Shown: piece by piece, positions 41,342 through 50,948 of the stretch
How positions within the stretch are numbered: the first letter of the stretch is position 1
How the letters are laid out: the number at the start of each line of letters is the position of its first letter
Source of the DNA: a bacterium
GTDB taxonomy: Bacteria > CLD3 > SB21
Direction: 5' to 3'
Length of the DNA stretch: 64,000 nt
NCBI GenBank assembly: GCA_013360215.1
Contig: JABWCP010000014.1
Span: 1-64,000 of the forward strand
Notes under the pieces: model-generated
The model's database searches: none
The model's input: the letters and a program-made list of their open reading frames with translations, nothing else
Told to the model about the DNA's origin: nothing
Made by a program: the position numbers and the translations under genes

Positions 41342-42415
41342 ATGCAATTAGACATTATCCGCGTTGACGAAAATAAGAAAAAAATCAAACCTACCGACGA
41401 ATCCACACTCGGTTTCGGAAAAATTTTCAGCGATCATTTTTTTCACATGACCCACACAACCAAGTTGGGTTGGCATAAAGCCATGATCGAACCGTATCGC
41501 GCACTCAGTTTGGATCCGGCGGCGGTGGTTTTCCACTACGCGCAGGAAATTTTTGAGGGCCTTAAAGCCTATCGCGGAAAAGACAACGGTGTGTACCTCT
41601 TCCGTTCCAAAGATAATTTCCGACGAATGAACCGTTCCGCCGTGCGTGTTTGTATGCCGGAGTTAGATATCGAATTTGTCAACGACGCGCTGAAAAAACT
41701 CGTATTGATAGATCAGGATTGGATTCCCCGTAGTCGCGGTACGGCGATGTACATCCGCCCCACCATGATCGCCACCGAACCGTCCGTCAGCGTCAAAAGT
41801 TCAGATGAGTTTTTGTTTTATATTCTTCTTGGTCCGGCGGGTAACTACTACCCGGAAGGCTTTAATCCGATAAAAATTTACGTCAGTAAAAAACATATTC
41901 GCGCGGCCAAAGGCGGACTTGGCGAAGCTAAAACCGGTGCTAACTACGCAGCCAGTCTTTATACTGCACAAGAAGCCAAGAAAAAAGGTTTTACGCAAGT
42001 ATTGTGGCTCGACGCTTTTGAACACCGTTATATCGAAGAAGTCGGCGCGATGAATATTTTTTTCCGTTTCAAAGACGAAGTCGTCACTTCCCCCTTAGGC
42101 GGTACGATCCTTCCGGGCATCACCCGCGACTCGATCATACAATTACTCAAACACTGGGGCATGAAAATTTCCGAACGGCCGATCACGATTGACGAAGTGG
42201 CCGAAGGCGCACAAAACGGCAACCTTCTGGAAGCGTTCGGTGCGGGTACGGCAGCCGTCATTTCCCCCGTCGGCGAGTTTTCCCATAACGATCAACCCAT
42301 CATCGTCGGACAAAACAAAGTCGGCGAATTGTCCAAAAAACTATACGACGAATTGCTGGCCATCCAATACGGCGAAAAGCCGGAACCTTTCGGATGGGTG
42401 GAACGTATCGGATAA
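41342..42415 (+). CDS. ilvE: Branched-chain amino acid aminotransferase
   Basis: HYAQEIFEGLKAY, YIRP, KTGANYA, ILPGITR, GTAAVISP. Confidence 0.96.
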   Translation: MQLDIIRVDENKKKIKPTDESTLGFGKIFSDHFFHMTHTTKLGWHKAMIEPYRALSLDPAAVVFHYAQEIFEGLKAYRGKDNGVYLFRSKDNFRRMNRSAVRVCMPELDIEFVNDALKKLVLIDQDWIPRSRGTAMYIRPTMIATEPSVSVKSSDEFLFYILLGPAGNYYPEGFNPIKIYVSKKHIRAAKGGLGEAKTGANYAASLYTAQEAKKKGFTQVLWLDAFEHRYIEEVGAMNIFFRFKDEVVTSPLGGTILPGITRDSIIQLLKHWGMKISERPITIDEVAEGAQNGNLLEAFGAGTAAVISPVGEFSHNDQPIIVGQNKVGELSKKLYDELLAIQYGEKPEPFGWVERIG

Positions 42416-42431
42416 ATCATCGAACGATTGC

Positions 42432-42458
42432 ATTCCCGCGCAAGCGGGAATTTTTTTA
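42432..42458 (+). terminator. Intrinsic terminator after ilvE
   Basis: ATTCCCGC-GCAA-GCGGGAAT followed by a T-run. Confidence 0.75.
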
Positions 42459-42494
42459 GTATATAAAATACGTCTATTTACATAAGGAGTTCAC

Positions 42495-44381
42495 ATGCAT
42501 ACAATGGAAGTTCTTTTTATTTTCACAATCGGCTTGATTGCCGGTACGGTCGCTTTTGCACAAGAGCGCGATCGCACCAAAATCGAAGAAAAATACAAAT
42601 GGAATCTCACCGACATCTACAAATCGGATGACGACTGGAAAAAGTCCAAAGATCAATTGATTTTGGATATCCAAAAACTCGCACCGCATAAAGGCCAGCT
42701 CGGCAAATCCGCCCAACATCTTTTGGACGGACTCAATACGATGTTTGATCTTTCCAAAACGTTTACACGCTTGTACTCCTATGCCAGCATGTCGTCGGAT
42801 CAGGATACGCGCGATTCCAAATATCTTGCAATGGTACAGGAAATGAGCCAAATCGGATCTTCTTTCAGTGCGGCCGCTTCCTTTATCGAGCCTGAAATCT
42901 TAGCGCTTGATCGTGCCATGGTGGATGGTTTTATCAAACAGGAACCAAAACTGGCAATTTATAAATTTTATCTTAACGATATTCTTCGCCGTCAAGCTCA
43001 TACCGGTTCCGCAGCGGAAGAAAAAATCATAGCCGACGCCAGCCTGATGGCTGATGGCGCACAAAACATCTATAGCATTTTTTCCAATGCCGATTTTCCA
43101 TATCCCGAAGCTACGTTTTCCGACGGCAAAACAGTAAAGCTGGATCAGGCTTCGTTCGGCTTTTTCCGCGCTTCACAAAATCGCGAAGACCGCAAAAAAA
43201 CCTTTTCGACGTTCTTCGGAAAACTCAATGAATTCCGCCGCACCTACGGCACGCAACTGTATGCGGAAATCAAAAAGAATATTTTCTACAAAAATGCCCG
43301 TAAATATAATTCATCCCTCGAATCGGCTCTGGATGCCAATAACATTCCGACGGACGTCTATCATAACCATGTCAAAAATGTCAACGCCAATCTCAATTCG
43401 TTTCATCGTTATCTGAAGCTGCGCCAGCGTATCCTCGGCGTCGACCAATTGCATTATTACGATCTGTATGCGCCGCTCCTCAAAAACGTGGAGCTCAAAT
43501 ATTCTGTGGACGAAGCCGGCAAACATATTACGACGTCGCTAGCGCCTTTGGGCAAAGAGTACGTCGGCGTGATCGAAAAAGCATTAAACGAACGCTGGAT
43601 TGATATGTACCCGACCGACGGCAAACGCTCCGGCGCGTACTCCAACGGTTCCGCCTACGATGTGCATCCGTATATGCTGATGAATTATAAAGGCAAATAC
43701 GACGACATGAGCACACTGACGCACGAACTTGGCCACACGATGCAAAGCTATTTGTCCAACAAAAAACAACCATATCCCACGGCCAATTATCCGATTTTTG
43801 TTGCCGAAGTCGCTTCGACATTCAATGAGGCATTGCTCATCGAATATATGCTCAAAAATATCAAAGATGACGAGACGCGCCTTTCCTTACTCGGCAGTTA
43901 TCTCGAAGGCATCAAAGGAACCGTATTTCGTCAAACGCAATTCGCCGAATTCGAATTACGCATTCACGAAATCGCTGAAAAGGGCGAAGCACTGACAGGC
44001 GACCGCTTCAATGAAATCTACATGGAAATCACCCGTAAATATTACGGACACGACTTGGGTGTGTGTATCGTAGACGACGACATCAAAATCGAATGGGCCT
44101 ACATCCCGCATTTTTATTATAATTTTTACGTGTATCAATACGCCACATCATTTACGGCTTCTGCGGCATTATCCGAAAAAGTGATTTCCGGTGATAAAAC
44201 AGCGACGCAAGCGTATTTGAATTTCCTCTCATCGGGTGGTTCTAAGTATCCGATCGAACTGCTCAAAGATGCCGGCGTGGATATGCTCAGCACACAGCCG
44301 ATCGAACTCACGATGAAAAAGATGAATCGCGTCATGGATGAAATGGAAAAAATCCTTGATCGCATGAATAAGAAAAAATAA
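42495..44381 (+). CDS. pepF: Oligoendopeptidase F (M3B) with signal peptide
   Basis: KWNLTDIY, GKRSGAYS, THELGH, AEVASTFNE, PHFYYNFYVYQYAT. Confidence 0.95.
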   Translation: MHTMEVLFIFTIGLIAGTVAFAQERDRTKIEEKYKWNLTDIYKSDDDWKKSKDQLILDIQKLAPHKGQLGKSAQHLLDGLNTMFDLSKTFTRLYSYASMSSDQDTRDSKYLAMVQEMSQIGSSFSAAASFIEPEILALDRAMVDGFIKQEPKLAIYKFYLNDILRRQAHTGSAAEEKIIADASLMADGAQNIYSIFSNADFPYPEATFSDGKTVKLDQASFGFFRASQNREDRKKTFSTFFGKLNEFRRTYGTQLYAEIKKNIFYKNARKYNSSLESALDANNIPTDVYHNHVKNVNANLNSFHRYLKLRQRILGVDQLHYYDLYAPLLKNVELKYSVDEAGKHITTSLAPLGKEYVGVIEKALNERWIDMYPTDGKRSGAYSNGSAYDVHPYMLMNYKGKYDDMSTLTHELGHTMQSYLSNKKQPYPTANYPIFVAEVASTFNEALLIEYMLKNIKDDETRLSLLGSYLEGIKGTVFRQTQFAEFELRIHEIAEKGEALTGDRFNEIYMEITRKYYGHDLGVCIVDDDIKIEWAYIPHFYYNFYVYQYATSFTASAALSEKVISGDKTATQAYLNFLSSGGSKYPIELLKDAGVDMLSTQPIELTMKKMNRVMDEMEKILDRMNKKK

Positions 44382-44400
44382 AAAACGCATATCATCCACG

Positions 44401-44436
44401 AAACGCCTGGGCCTCGCCGCTCAGGCGTTTTCTTTT
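44401..44436 (+). terminator. Intrinsic terminator after pepF
   Basis: AAACGCCTGGGC...GCTCAGGCGTTTT-CTTTT. Confidence 0.7.
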
Positions 44437-44456
44437 CTCAGAAATGAGTTCTTTGT

Positions 44457-46328
44457 ATGAATCTTCTGTCCGTCGAAAATGCCGGTAAAGCGTTTGGTGT
44501 AAAAACACTATTTGATAATATCACTTTTGGTGTAGCGCAAGGTCGTAAGATCGCTCTCGTGGCTAAAAATGGCGCCGGCAAAACAACGCTTCTCAAAATG
44601 CTGATGGGTACCGAACCACCGGATAGCGGACGGATCGTTTTTCGTAATAATCTTACGATCGGTTACCTAGCTCAAGAACCGCAGTTTGACGAAAAAGCCA
44701 CGGTATTAGAAACGCTTTTTGCCTCGGATACGCCCGCCCTGCGCGTGATCAAACATTACGAAGCCTTACTGGATTCGCCCGACTCGGATGCCGCTTATCA
44801 AAAGGCACTGGCCGATGCGATGGAGCAAATGGAACATCTTCAGGCGTGGGATTATGAATACAAAATCAAAGAAATCCTATCCCACCTCCAGCTTCATCAC
44901 TTACATCAGACGATACAAACATTGTCCGGAGGCCAACGCAAACGCGTAGCGCTTGCGCGGGTACTCATCGAAGAACCTGAATTATTGATACTGGACGAGC
45001 CGACCAATCATCTTGATCTCGATATGATCGAGTGGTTGGAATCTTATTTATCCCGGCCGGAGCAAACATTGTTTCTGGTCACCCACGATCGTTATTTTTT
45101 AGATCGCATTTGTGACGAAATCCTCGAACTGGAACGCGGAATCCTCTACAGACACATCGGTAACTATTCTTATTTTTTAGAGAAAAAAGAAGAACGCGAA
45201 TTTAAAGAAGGTCGTGAACTGAATCATACCCGCAATGTATTGCGTAAGGAACTGCAGTGGATTCGTCGTCAACCCAAAGCGCGTACGACCAAATCCAAAG
45301 CACGCGTTGATGCGTTTTATGTCTTGCAGGAAAAGGCGGAAGAAGAAATTCCGGACGATAAACTTAAATTGGCCATGCAGATGAAGCGTATCGGAGGAAA
45401 AATCCTGGAACTGCGCGATATCGAGCATCGGTTTGGCAACAACACGATTTTAAACGGGTTTTCGTATTCATTTAAAAAAGGGGAACGCATCGGTCTTGTG
45501 GGCCGCAATGGCGCCGGTAAAACTACATTTTTGGAAATCATTACCGGCCGTCTGCATGCCGATCACGGCACTATCGAAACGGGTGAAACGATCACATTTG
45601 GATATTATTCGCAAAAAGGCCTTCTGGAAAACGAACAGCAACGCGTGATTGATCTGGTGCGGAGTTATGCTGAAGTAATTCCGATGGCTGACGGTTCGAC
45701 ATTATCCGCATCGCAGTTTCTCAATCAATTTCTTTTTCCTCCGGAACTGCAGCATACACCGGTATATAAACTCAGCGGCGGCGAAAAAAGGCGACTTTTT
45801 TTGCTGACCGTTTTGATCAAGAATCCCAATTTTCTGATCCTCGACGAGCCGACCAATGATTTGGATTTGATCACGCTCAGCGTTCTTGAAGAATTTTTAC
45901 TTCATTTTCAAGGCTGCCTGCTGATCGTATCGCACGATCGTTATTTTATGGATCGGCTTGTAGATCACATCTTTGTCTTTGAGGGCGAGGGGGTGATTCG
46001 CGACTTTATAGGAAATTATGGCGAGTATCGGGAAGCTGAACGCGTAAAGGAAACTGTCAAAGATACCCCTGTAGAAAAAACTAACATCAAAGATACGAAT
46101 AAAAAAACAAAACTTTCGTACAAAGAAAAAATCGAATTTGAAAACCTTGAAAAAGAAATTGCAGCCTTAGAAAAAGAGAAAAACGAACTGGAGAATAAAC
46201 TCAATAACGGTTCCGCGGATTACATTGAACTTCAAAAATGGTCTGAACGTTTATCCGTTATTTCGCAAACGTTGGATGAAAAATCAATGCGTTGGTTGGA
46301 ATTAGCCGAATACACATCCGCCAAATAA
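44457..46328 (+). CDS. ABC-F family ATPase (Uup/YfmR-like)
   Basis: Two ABC domains (LSGGQRKR, LSGGEKRR, DEPTN), no TMs, C-terminal coiled coil ending RWLELAE. Confidence 0.93.
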   Translation: MNLLSVENAGKAFGVKTLFDNITFGVAQGRKIALVAKNGAGKTTLLKMLMGTEPPDSGRIVFRNNLTIGYLAQEPQFDEKATVLETLFASDTPALRVIKHYEALLDSPDSDAAYQKALADAMEQMEHLQAWDYEYKIKEILSHLQLHHLHQTIQTLSGGQRKRVALARVLIEEPELLILDEPTNHLDLDMIEWLESYLSRPEQTLFLVTHDRYFLDRICDEILELERGILYRHIGNYSYFLEKKEEREFKEGRELNHTRNVLRKELQWIRRQPKARTTKSKARVDAFYVLQEKAEEEIPDDKLKLAMQMKRIGGKILELRDIEHRFGNNTILNGFSYSFKKGERIGLVGRNGAGKTTFLEIITGRLHADHGTIETGETITFGYYSQKGLLENEQQRVIDLVRSYAEVIPMADGSTLSASQFLNQFLFPPELQHTPVYKLSGGEKRRLFLLTVLIKNPNFLILDEPTNDLDLITLSVLEEFLLHFQGCLLIVSHDRYFMDRLVDHIFVFEGEGVIRDFIGNYGEYREAERVKETVKDTPVEKTNIKDTNKKTKLSYKEKIEFENLEKEIAALEKEKNELENKLNNGSADYIELQKWSERLSVISQTLDEKSMRWLELAEYTSAK

Positions 46329-46391
46329 TCGCAACATATTCTCGACGCCGGATGCAGTGAAAACGACGTATTGAGGTGCCCGTCATTACGG

Positions 46392-46958
46392 CTAACGTGA
46401 TAAACGTACGGCATCAATATTAAAAAATTCCGGAATTTTTCCGGTTTTATCTTTATAAAAATCCCTGATCTTTGCCATATCCCCTATTTCATCACCGGTC
46501 ATATATAGTGCCGGTCCAAAGCCTGCGAGCTTCTTTTCATAATCCAAAAAACCCAATACGACCGGTACATTGGCACCGAGCGCCAGATGATAAAACCCGG
46601 ACTTCCATTTTTCAACGCGCTTACGGGTGCCTTCCGCAGGTATGATGATCATCAAATCTTCGCGCGCCTTGAAAACATCAATCATCGCATCCACCATACT
46701 GTTTTTTCCCGAGCGATCCACAGGAATGCCGCCCATACGCACAAACATGCCTTTCAACGGAAATCGAAAGAGTTCTTTTTTCGCAAGAAAATTAACACGC
46801 ATGTTAAAACATTCGAGCGCCCCTATACCGTACACAAAATCCCAATTACTGGTATGCGGCGCACCGATGATCACGCATTTTTTTATATTCGGAGCGATAG
46901 GCGCTGTGATCGTCCATCCCTTCATTCGGAAAAACCAGCGAAAAAGCTTAGCGATCAT
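46392..46958 (-). CDS. PlsC-family acyltransferase
   Basis: PHTSNWD, GGIPVDR, PAEGTR. Confidence 0.9.
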   Translation of the reverse strand: MIAKLFRWFFRMKGWTITAPIAPNIKKCVIIGAPHTSNWDFVYGIGALECFNMRVNFLAKKELFRFPLKGMFVRMGGIPVDRSGKNSMVDAMIDVFKAREDLMIIIPAEGTRKRVEKWKSGFYHLALGANVPVVLGFLDYEKKLAGFGPALYMTGDEIGDMAKIRDFYKDKTGKIPEFFNIDAVRLSR

Positions 46959-47011
46959 ATTGTTTATTACATCAATTAGTGTGAAAAATTAGGTTCGGAA
47001 ATTAACGCATA

Positions 47012-47374
47012 TTATTTTTTAATAGTGCGCCGAGGTTTTGAATACAGCACAGGCTTCGGATGTCGGATAATTTTACCTTGCGCTTCGAGTTCACGGGCAA
47101 CAGAAATCGTATACCACGATAACGAGCCCTCAAAATCGGGAATCTTCTTCTCTACAAGCCGTACTATTTCCGTAAATCGTATAGGACTAGTGGTCAAAAC
47201 AGACAATATGGCTTTGGATACTATTTTGTATTTGTCCGAATCAATGGCCACGGATCTTTTCCAACCGAGGCCTTTTACACGCACTCGTTTTGTGGACTGT
47301 ACTTGGCTTTTCTTTGGCATAAATGACATTTTCTCTCTGAATACGACATCAACGTAAGAAATATTAAAAATCAT
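47012..47374 (-). CDS. Small basic hypothetical protein (winged-helix-like; true start likely near 47320)
   Basis: IDSDKY...FEGSLSWYTISVARELEAQGKI motif. Confidence 0.6.
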   Translation of the reverse strand: MIFNISYVDVVFREKMSFMPKKSQVQSTKRVRVKGLGWKRSVAIDSDKYKIVSKAILSVLTTSPIRFTEIVRLVEKKIPDFEGSLSWYTISVARELEAQGKIIRHPKPVLYSKPRRTIKK

Positions 47375-48306
47375 GGAAATGTGATATACGGATCGGAAAT
47401 TACTTTTTCACTGCGAAAACGCTGAATCACTGACCACGCCTCAACATGACGGTCCGTAGATAACACATCGGCACCATTATTTAATAATTCATAATATACC
47501 GTATCACCACGGGCCTCGGCTTTTTTATCAAGGTTACCCATAGTTCCAAGTTGGCAAAAAATATTTTGCGCATGTAAGAGCTGATACAGTGATTTATTCG
47601 GTTCTGAAATTCCACAAAACGCTACTATATTCCTTGGTTTGACACCATATGCGATCAAGCGGTGATAATCTTCTTCTTTCTCAATACTGCATGATAAGAT
47701 CAACGTAGAATCCAGTTTGATAAACGACGCCGCTTCGGAAGCGTTATAAGTTATGGGAACAACATAGCTGAATGCCCCATGACGTCGAAGCGCTTCCATG
47801 ATCATTACCTGCGTGACACCTTCTTTTATGTCAAGCATCAATATAGTTTTGCCCTTAGCCCAAACTAACACCTCGTCAAGCGTAGGAATAGTATATGCCG
47901 TGATTTTACCGTCGTTGTCTTTTAATCGCAATTGCTTCAGATCTGCAAAAAGCATATCCGATACAGGGCCTTTGCCGGTAGTCGTGCGATCCAGTGTTTT
48001 GTCGTGCATCATGACCAGATTACCGTCTTTACTTATACGCACATCACACTCAATCAATGCATAAGTATACTTGATGGTATTTTCAAATGTTGCCAAGCAG
48101 TTCTCAGGAAAACCGGATATCGGGCCGCCGCGATGAGCGCTAATCAAAGGTGAGCGCTTTCCAGACCATAAAAAAAATTGCTGTAGCTCGTCTCGCGAGG
48201 CCGGAGTAATTGTTTTGAAATGAACATTCACCCCATGCTTCGGAGGGGACGGTGTACAGGACAAAATAACCGTCAGCCATGACAACACGACAACAAATGA
48301 GCGCAT
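47371..48306 (-). CDS. Glycerophosphodiester phosphodiesterase lipoprotein
   Basis: ILSC lipobox; SAHRGG, PENCL, ECDVR, HDKTLDRTT. Confidence 0.92.
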   Translation of the reverse strand: MRSFVVVLSWLTVILSCTPSPPKHGVNVHFKTITPASRDELQQFFLWSGKRSPLISAHRGGPISGFPENCLATFENTIKYTYALIECDVRISKDGNLVMMHDKTLDRTTTGKGPVSDMLFADLKQLRLKDNDGKITAYTIPTLDEVLVWAKGKTILMLDIKEGVTQVMIMEALRRHGAFSYVVPITYNASEAASFIKLDSTLILSCSIEKEEDYHRLIAYGVKPRNIVAFCGISEPNKSLYQLLHAQNIFCQLGTMGNLDKKAEARGDTVYYELLNNGADVLSTDRHVEAWSVIQRFRSEKVISDPYITFP

Positions 48307-48431
48307 AAATGATCGTTTGTTAGTAGTCTATGAAATATCCGGTCTATTTAAACTCATAACTATAAATAACTGCAAATCATTTCCTCAGCACAAAAAGTAC
48401 TCAAAAGATCATTCTTTGGTGAGTACAAACT

Positions 48432-50948
48432 TCATACTATCTCACACTTTTTAGCTAAAACATCGGCTTCAACATATTTGTATTTTTTCTTTTCAATTCT
48501 TCCATCAGGATACTTTACTTCGACAATATCGTTTCTGCCAAATTTTTTAGAAGTAAGTAATAACATGAAAATCTCGTGTGAGTTTTTTATTTGAAGCAAC
48601 TGATTCTTTATTGTTTGGATTCCTTTTTCATCGATTACTGATGTTTTTTTTCTGCTTGAATTCTCCAGTAATTCCAACGCATGGTCGGCGTACAACATGG
48701 ACTTTTTCCCATCTCGTAATGAAAAATACAAGTTTGACATCCAATAATAAATAATTAACGATTCAAACTTTGTTTCATCGTCAATAGTCTCTTTAAGTTT
48801 AAGTTCAATTATTTTGGCTATGCTAAGCGCCTTATTTATCTCTGAACTATCTGACAAACTCTTGATTGCTACTGCGAATAAATATATATCGCTCGGATCA
48901 ATAAACGCATTCCCACTAAACAATTCCACATACTTATTAAAGTGTACGTTATCTGTCAAATTTGCCAGATCAATAAGGCATATTTCTTTAGTCGCCTTAT
49001 ACAACAACGTTTCATTTGTCTCATCTAAATTGTTTACTAAGTATTTGAGAATTTCGTTTCTCTTTAGCTTGGACAATTTACTTATAGAGTATATTATTTC
49101 AGGTTTAGTTATATCCTTCAAAAAATTCTTGTTTGAGTAGTCTAAAAGTAAAGAAAAGTTGTCTAAATTATCTTTGTCGAAAGCTAACTCCAAATACAGC
49201 AAGAGATTGTTTTTATTAAATCCAATTGGATGCGAATCACTTTCGATCTTCAGAATTGAACTACTAAGGATAGTTTTAAAAATATCGTCTTTTATAGAAA
49301 CATCAGTTTGTTGAGAAATAACATATTTTTGATATTTTAAAAAAAGAGAATCTGAAACATTACAAAACTCAAGAGCTTTGTTGATTTGCTCTAAAGCCGA
49401 TTCTACATCTTCTTTTTTTTTATATATAACTGCCTGGTAATATAGAGATAGAGATCTTATCTTATTAAGGTATTCCTTTTTTTCTCCGCTTGCTTTATAT
49501 GTCGAACTAAAGAGCTTTTCAAGTAAGTTGAGTGCCTGATTTTGATCATCAATAGAAATAGCAAGATTTAACAGTCCAATGTGATATGCACGATTGTGAT
49601 TCTCACCTTTTATGTACTCTTCTAAGATAGATATACCTTCGTTTTTTTCTCCAACAGCTATTTTACACACACCTAAATAGGGTTTGTAATCTAATACGAA
49701 TGGTTCTTCAGAGAAACCATCACTAAGAATTTGCATTGCTTTTTTATAATTTTTTACATTAAAATATGATAGGCCTAGGAAATATCTATTAGACTCTAAA
49801 TCTGTGTTCGATAGTGAGTCTTGATCTACACTTTCAAAAATCTCTATAGCTTCATGATAACTTTCATTAGAATACTTTATTAATCCATCTATATGAGTAT
49901 TATCTTTAATCGATGTCAACCATTCTTCTGAAAGACTTTCTTCAATAATTTTGTTTTTGATTCTAATTTCTCCTTCAAAATTAGAACTTATTATTCCGAA
50001 CAAATAGAGTTTACTTTTAATCTCATCAGTAAACTCCTCAGGCCTACCTTTGCGAAGAGCAATTAACGCGTTTTTTAACTGCTTATTGTTCTTAATTAGC
50101 TCTCGAATGTGATCTATCGGGGAGACATCAAAAAAAGTTAAATATTTTTTTTTAATTAAGTCTTCAATAAGATCAACAGTTACAGAACGTCCTTCTATCA
50201 CAAGACTTTCCACGTCTGAACAAATATCAAATGTCAGTCTTGGGTTACCGTTTGCCCACTTATAGATTTCGTTTGAAATTAAAGTTGATATTTGTAATCC
50301 ACTTTTTGATATAAAATCATCATGTTCAGATTTTGTAAAATCATCTAAATATATTTTTTCGCCAATATTAAACGGTGATTTATTTTTATCCTTTATCAAC
50401 TCCGTAGGCTCAACAACACCAGAAAGTACATAAGTTAATCTTTCAAATTCAGGGAAATTTGTTCTTGAAAAATAAGTACTTCTTATTTGAGCAAATATAT
50501 TGTCAGAGTACGAAATGCTTTTAAGAGCATCGATTTCATCTAAAATTATAACTAATTCACAATTAATTTTATTTAGAATTAACTTTAGACAACGATAATA
50601 TTCGCTATGTGGAGAAAGTGATTTTCTCCTAATTTGATCTATGTCGTTTTCAATATTCCCAATAACGCCGAGATTGGACTCAACAATGATATTAATAATA
50701 TTCCTATAACAATCGACTTCGTTATCATATAAATTTGATAAATCAATATAAGCAAATAACCTCTTTTCGTTTTCAAGAGTACCCTTGGCATGAAATAGTA
50801 AGTTTGTTTTACCCATTTGTCTTGCCACCAAAACGTACCCCGGCCTTTGCATCTCTTCAATTATATTTTTCAACTGAAGATCGGCGTTTCGTTCAACGTA
50901 TAAATGGGGTGGAATTTTTGTATATTTTTTTAAAACTTTTTCTTTCAT
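48432..50948 (-). CDS. AAA_35-type (STAND-like) ATPase with TPR repeats; candidate defence sensor
   Basis: YVERNAD, Walker A ARQMGKT, Walker B ILDEID, SPFNIG, W.NGNP.LT; TPR-like helices; about 30% GC. Confidence 0.8.
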   Translation of the reverse strand: MKEKVLKKYTKIPPHLYVERNADLQLKNIIEEMQRPGYVLVARQMGKTNLLFHAKGTLENEKRLFAYIDLSNLYDNEVDCYRNIINIIVESNLGVIGNIENDIDQIRRKSLSPHSEYYRCLKLILNKINCELVIILDEIDALKSISYSDNIFAQIRSTYFSRTNFPEFERLTYVLSGVVEPTELIKDKNKSPFNIGEKIYLDDFTKSEHDDFISKSGLQISTLISNEIYKWANGNPRLTFDICSDVESLVIEGRSVTVDLIEDLIKKKYLTFFDVSPIDHIRELIKNNKQLKNALIALRKGRPEEFTDEIKSKLYLFGIISSNFEGEIRIKNKIIEESLSEEWLTSIKDNTHIDGLIKYSNESYHEAIEIFESVDQDSLSNTDLESNRYFLGLSYFNVKNYKKAMQILSDGFSEEPFVLDYKPYLGVCKIAVGEKNEGISILEEYIKGENHNRAYHIGLLNLAISIDDQNQALNLLEKLFSSTYKASGEKKEYLNKIRSLSLYYQAVIYKKKEDVESALEQINKALEFCNVSDSLFLKYQKYVISQQTDVSIKDDIFKTILSSSILKIESDSHPIGFNKNNLLLYLELAFDKDNLDNFSLLLDYSNKNFLKDITKPEIIYSISKLSKLKRNEILKYLVNNLDETNETLLYKATKEICLIDLANLTDNVHFNKYVELFSGNAFIDPSDIYLFAVAIKSLSDSSEINKALSIAKIIELKLKETIDDETKFESLIIYYWMSNLYFSLRDGKKSMLYADHALELLENSSRKKTSVIDEKGIQTIKNQLLQIKNSHEIFMLLLTSKKFGRNDIVEVKYPDGRIEKKKYKYVEADVLAKKCEIV

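Noticed and set aside
42430-42458. ATTCCCGCGCAAGCGGGAAT resembles dRS3/REP-type palindromes
   Set aside because: Single copy followed by a T-run; sufficiently explained as the ilvE terminator.
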